Origin: Desulfobulbus propionicus DSM 2032
Lineage (GTDB): Bacteria; Desulfobacterota; Desulfobulbia; Desulfobulbales; Desulfobulbaceae
Direction of reading: 5' to 3'
Assembly: GCF_000186885.1 (NCBI RefSeq)
Contig: NC_014972.1
Location: 1,200,001-1,232,000 of the forward strand
DNA length: 32,000 nucleotides
Positions 29,735 to 32,000 of the stretch are shown here, one piece after another. Numbering within the stretch: the stretch's first letter is position 1; every line of letters begins with the position of its first letter. The notes beneath the pieces were generated by a model that saw only the letters and a program-made list of their open reading frames with translations, had not been told where the DNA came from and searched no databases. The translations under genes and the position numbers were made by a program.

Positions 29735-31240
29735 CTATTCGTTCCAGATGACGTCGTAGCGTTTGATGTGCATGTCAGGCACCGGGATGATGGTGAAGCG
29801 TTTTTCCGTCCGCTGCTCCAGCTGCTCGATGGTGTAGGATTCCTCGTTGAGCAGCATCTCGGCGATATGGGGATGAACCTTGATGGTGACGTGCGAGCCG
29901 CCGATCTTGCGCGCGTCGCGGCTGATCTTGCGGAAAATCTCATGGCAGATGGTGCGGCGCGACTTGATGAAGCCGTCGCCGCCGCAGTAGAGGCAGGGTT
30001 CGCACATGGTCTGGATCAGGCTTTCCGACAGCCGCTTGCGGGTCATCTGCACCAGCCCGAACTCGGACAGCTTGAGGATGTTGACCTTGCTCTTGTCGTT
30101 GCGCATTGCCTCCTGGAAAGCGGCGTACAGCTCCTCGCGGTGCTGCTCGTTCTCCATGTCGATGAAGTCGATGATGATGATGCCGCCGAGGTTGCGCAGC
30201 CGCAGCTGGCGGGCGATCTCGCGCACCGCCTCCATGTTGGTCTTGAAGATGGTCTCGGCCAGGTCGGAGGCGCCGACATAGCGACCGGTATTGACGTCGA
30301 TGACCGTCAGGGCCTCGGTGGGCTCGATGATGATGTAGCCGCCGGAACGCAGCCACACCTTCTTGTCGAGCGCGCTGTTGATGTCCGCCTCCACGCCGTA
30401 GCGTTCGAACAACGGCAGGTCGGAATCGTAATAGGTGATCTTGTCCTGCAGTTGGGGGGCAAAGGTCTTGGCGTAGGAAAGCAGCTGCTCGTAGACCTCG
30501 GCGTTGTCGATCACCAGTTCGTTGATCTCCTCGGTGAAAAAGTCGCGCACCGAGCGGAGGATGATGTCGAGGTCCTTGTAGATCAGGCAGGGGGCCTGGG
30601 CCTTCTGCGCCTTGGTGAGGATCTCGTCCCACAAGAGCAGGAGGAATTCCATGTCCGCTTCCAGGGCCTCGTTGCCGATGTTTTCGGCCACGGTGCGCAT
30701 GATGAAGCCGGTGCCCGGCGGCCGCAGGACCTCGATCCGGTCGCGCAGCTGCTGGCGGGTGGCTTCGTCCTCGATCTTGCGCGAGATGCCGATATGATCG
30801 GTCAGCGGCATGAACACCAGGTTACGGCAGGGCAGGGTGATGTTGCAGGTCAGGCGGGCACCCTTGGAGCCGATGGGTTCCTTGGCGATCTGCACTAAAA
30901 TCTCCTGGCCTTCGTGGAGGATGTCGTTGATCGCCGGGGTGGCGGGAAGGTGGGACGGCGGAATCGACCTGAGTTTATGCCCCGGGGACAAGCGTTGATA
31001 ATTCTCGGAAAAAATATAGAAGGCCTCGTCAACGTAGAGGAAACCGGTTCGATCCAGGCCAATGTCGACGAAGGCCGCGTCAATGCCGGGCAACACCCGG
31101 ACCACCCGGCCCAGGTAAATGTTGCCGATCAGCCCTTTTTCCGAAACCCGTTCCAGGTGGAATTCGCGCAGGTGGCCGTTTTCCACCAGAGCGATCCGGT
31201 TCTCGTAGAAGGTTGCATTGATGAGGATGTCTGTGTACAT
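29735..31240 (-). CDS. rng: ribonuclease G (Rne/Rng family)
   Basis: 501 aa. It has an N-terminal S1 domain (GNIYLGRVVRVLPGIDAAFVDIG) and the RNase E/G catalytic core (TVIDVNTGRYVG, GGIIIIDFIDM). Confidence 0.93.
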   Translation of the reverse strand: MYTDILINATFYENRIALVENGHLREFHLERVSEKGLIGNIYLGRVVRVLPGIDAAFVDIGLDRTGFLYVDEAFYIFSENYQRLSPGHKLRSIPPSHLPATPAINDILHEGQEILVQIAKEPIGSKGARLTCNITLPCRNLVFMPLTDHIGISRKIEDEATRQQLRDRIEVLRPPGTGFIMRTVAENIGNEALEADMEFLLLLWDEILTKAQKAQAPCLIYKDLDIILRSVRDFFTEEINELVIDNAEVYEQLLSYAKTFAPQLQDKITYYDSDLPLFERYGVEADINSALDKKVWLRSGGYIIIEPTEALTVIDVNTGRYVGASDLAETIFKTNMEAVREIARQLRLRNLGGIIIIDFIDMENEQHREELYAAFQEAMRNDKSKVNILKLSEFGLVQMTRKRLSESLIQTMCEPCLYCGGDGFIKSRRTICHEIFRKISRDARKIGGSHVTIKVHPHIAEMLLNEESYTIEQLEQRTEKRFTIIPVPDMHIKRYDVIWNE

Positions 31241-31334
31241 AGAAATGCCTGGTCAAACGCCGTCCGCTGCGGCTGAAGACGGGACAGACAACGGTCCGGG
31301 CGCGTAAGTTTTTATGAAACAAGCATTTTACTAT

Positions 31335-31364
31335 ACTATACCGTCGGCAAACCGCCAGCGTAAA
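31335..31364 (-). promoter_or_regulatory. putative sigma70 promoter for rng
   Basis: The minus strand reads TTTACG, an 18-nt spacer, then TATAGT, within a CTATACTATA tandem pentamer. It lies about 95 nt upstream of the rng ATG. Pattern match only. Confidence 0.25.
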
Positions 31365-31420
31365 TTGGCCGAGACAGGGTGGATAGGTTTGCCACTCGTC
31401 GGACCGCTGTTGACAATCTA

Positions 31421-32000
31421 TTGATTTCAGTAATAATCCCCACGTATAACCGGGCCTGGTGCCTGGAACGGGCCATCGGCTCGGTGCTGGCGCAACAGCG
31501 TGCCTGCACGGAGCTGATCGTGGTTGACGACGGGTCGACCGACGACACCGCAGCCTTGGTGGCACGCCTGGCCAGCGATGCTCCCATTCCCATCCGCCTG
31601 TTGGTCCAGGACAACCGCGGCGCGGCGGCGGCCCGCAATCTCGGCATCAGCCAAGCTCGGGGGGCGTTGCTCGCCTTTCTCGACGCCGACGACTGGTGGC
31701 TGCCACGGAAGCTGGCCCTGCAAGCGGCGGCCATGGAGGCGGCCCCGGAGACGCTCGTCTCCCACACCCGCGAGATCTGGTTCCGCCATGGTCAACGGGT
31801 CAACCAGAAAAAGAAGCACGATCCTCCCCATGGCGACATCTTTGCGGCGAGCCTGGGGATGTGCGTGGTGGGCATGTCCACGGTCATGGTCCGGCGGCAG
31901 CTGTTCGACCGTTATGGCCTGTTCGATGCAACCCTGCCATGCTGCGAGGATTACGATCTGTGGCTCCGAGTGGGATGCCGGGAAGCGTTTTTCCTGGTGC
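31421..32000 (+). CDS. family 2 glycosyltransferase, N-terminal part (3' end outside the window)
   Basis: It is not in the ORF track because no stop is reached. This frame translates to (M)ISVIIPTYNRAWCLERAIGSVLAQQ...LIVVDDGSTDDT...FLDADDWW, the GT-A fold with a DxD motif. The start is uncertain: TTG 31421 or GTG 31379. The frame opens after TAA at 31361-31363. Confidence 0.8.
   Translation, partial: MISVIIPTYNRAWCLERAIGSVLAQQRACTELIVVDDGSTDDTAALVARLASDAPIPIRLLVQDNRGAAAARNLGISQARGALLAFLDADDWWLPRKLALQAAAMEAAPETLVSHTREIWFRHGQRVNQKKKHDPPHGDIFAASLGMCVVGMSTVMVRRQLFDRYGLFDATLPCCEDYDLWLRVGCREAFFLV

Noticed and set aside
31410-31438. Near-consensus promoter-like string TTGACA, 17-nt spacer, ATAATC.
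   Set aside because: It overlaps the very beginning of the GT2 coding sequence: the ISVIIPTYN motif is encoded by 31424-31450. It cannot be that gene's promoter, and no downstream plus-strand start needs it. It is probably coincidental.

Overview
GC-rich bacterial chromosomal segment with 29 protein-coding genes, two of them truncated by the window edges. By eye I found no rRNA, tRNA, CRISPR array, transposase, integrase or long repeat. Gene content and order suggest an anaerobic Geobacter/Desulfuromonas-like deltaproteobacterium: rplU-rpmA-obg-proB-proA-nadD, an Mla/MCE lipid-transport operon, a rubredoxin, and many REC/PAS/HisKA/GGDEF proteins. That assignment is inference only. Most of the window is core housekeeping. 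Left to right: (1) a response regulator tail and a REC-PAS-HK-REC hybrid kinase. (2) A J-domain protein translationally coupled to a heterodimeric ABC exporter with one degenerate ATP site. (3) A minus-strand, overlap-coupled operon: SYLF protein, STAS-MlaE, MlaF, long MCE protein, PqiC-like lipoprotein, DUF3124-like protein, orphan solute-binding lipoprotein. (4) A monocistronic rubredoxin with an atypical CxC first metal motif. (5) rplU-rpmA, an intrinsic terminator, then obg-proB-proA-nadD. (6) A 1095-aa EndoQ-like PHP nuclease fused to a UvrD-type helicase, followed 3 nt later by a sensor-less HK-REC-HPt kinase and then a REC-PAS-GGDEF cyclase. (7) On the minus strand: nnr-CBS, an LptF/G-family permease with a Cys-rich cytoplasmic tail, an M23 peptidase and RNase G. 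(8) The start of a GT2 glycosyltransferase. The most unusual items are the J-domain/ABC exporter module, the EndoQ-UvrD fusion and the accessory genes in the MCE operon. None is a demonstrated new system, and all need database and neighbourhood checks that I cannot run. The many long antisense ORFs in the track are GC-bias artefacts.
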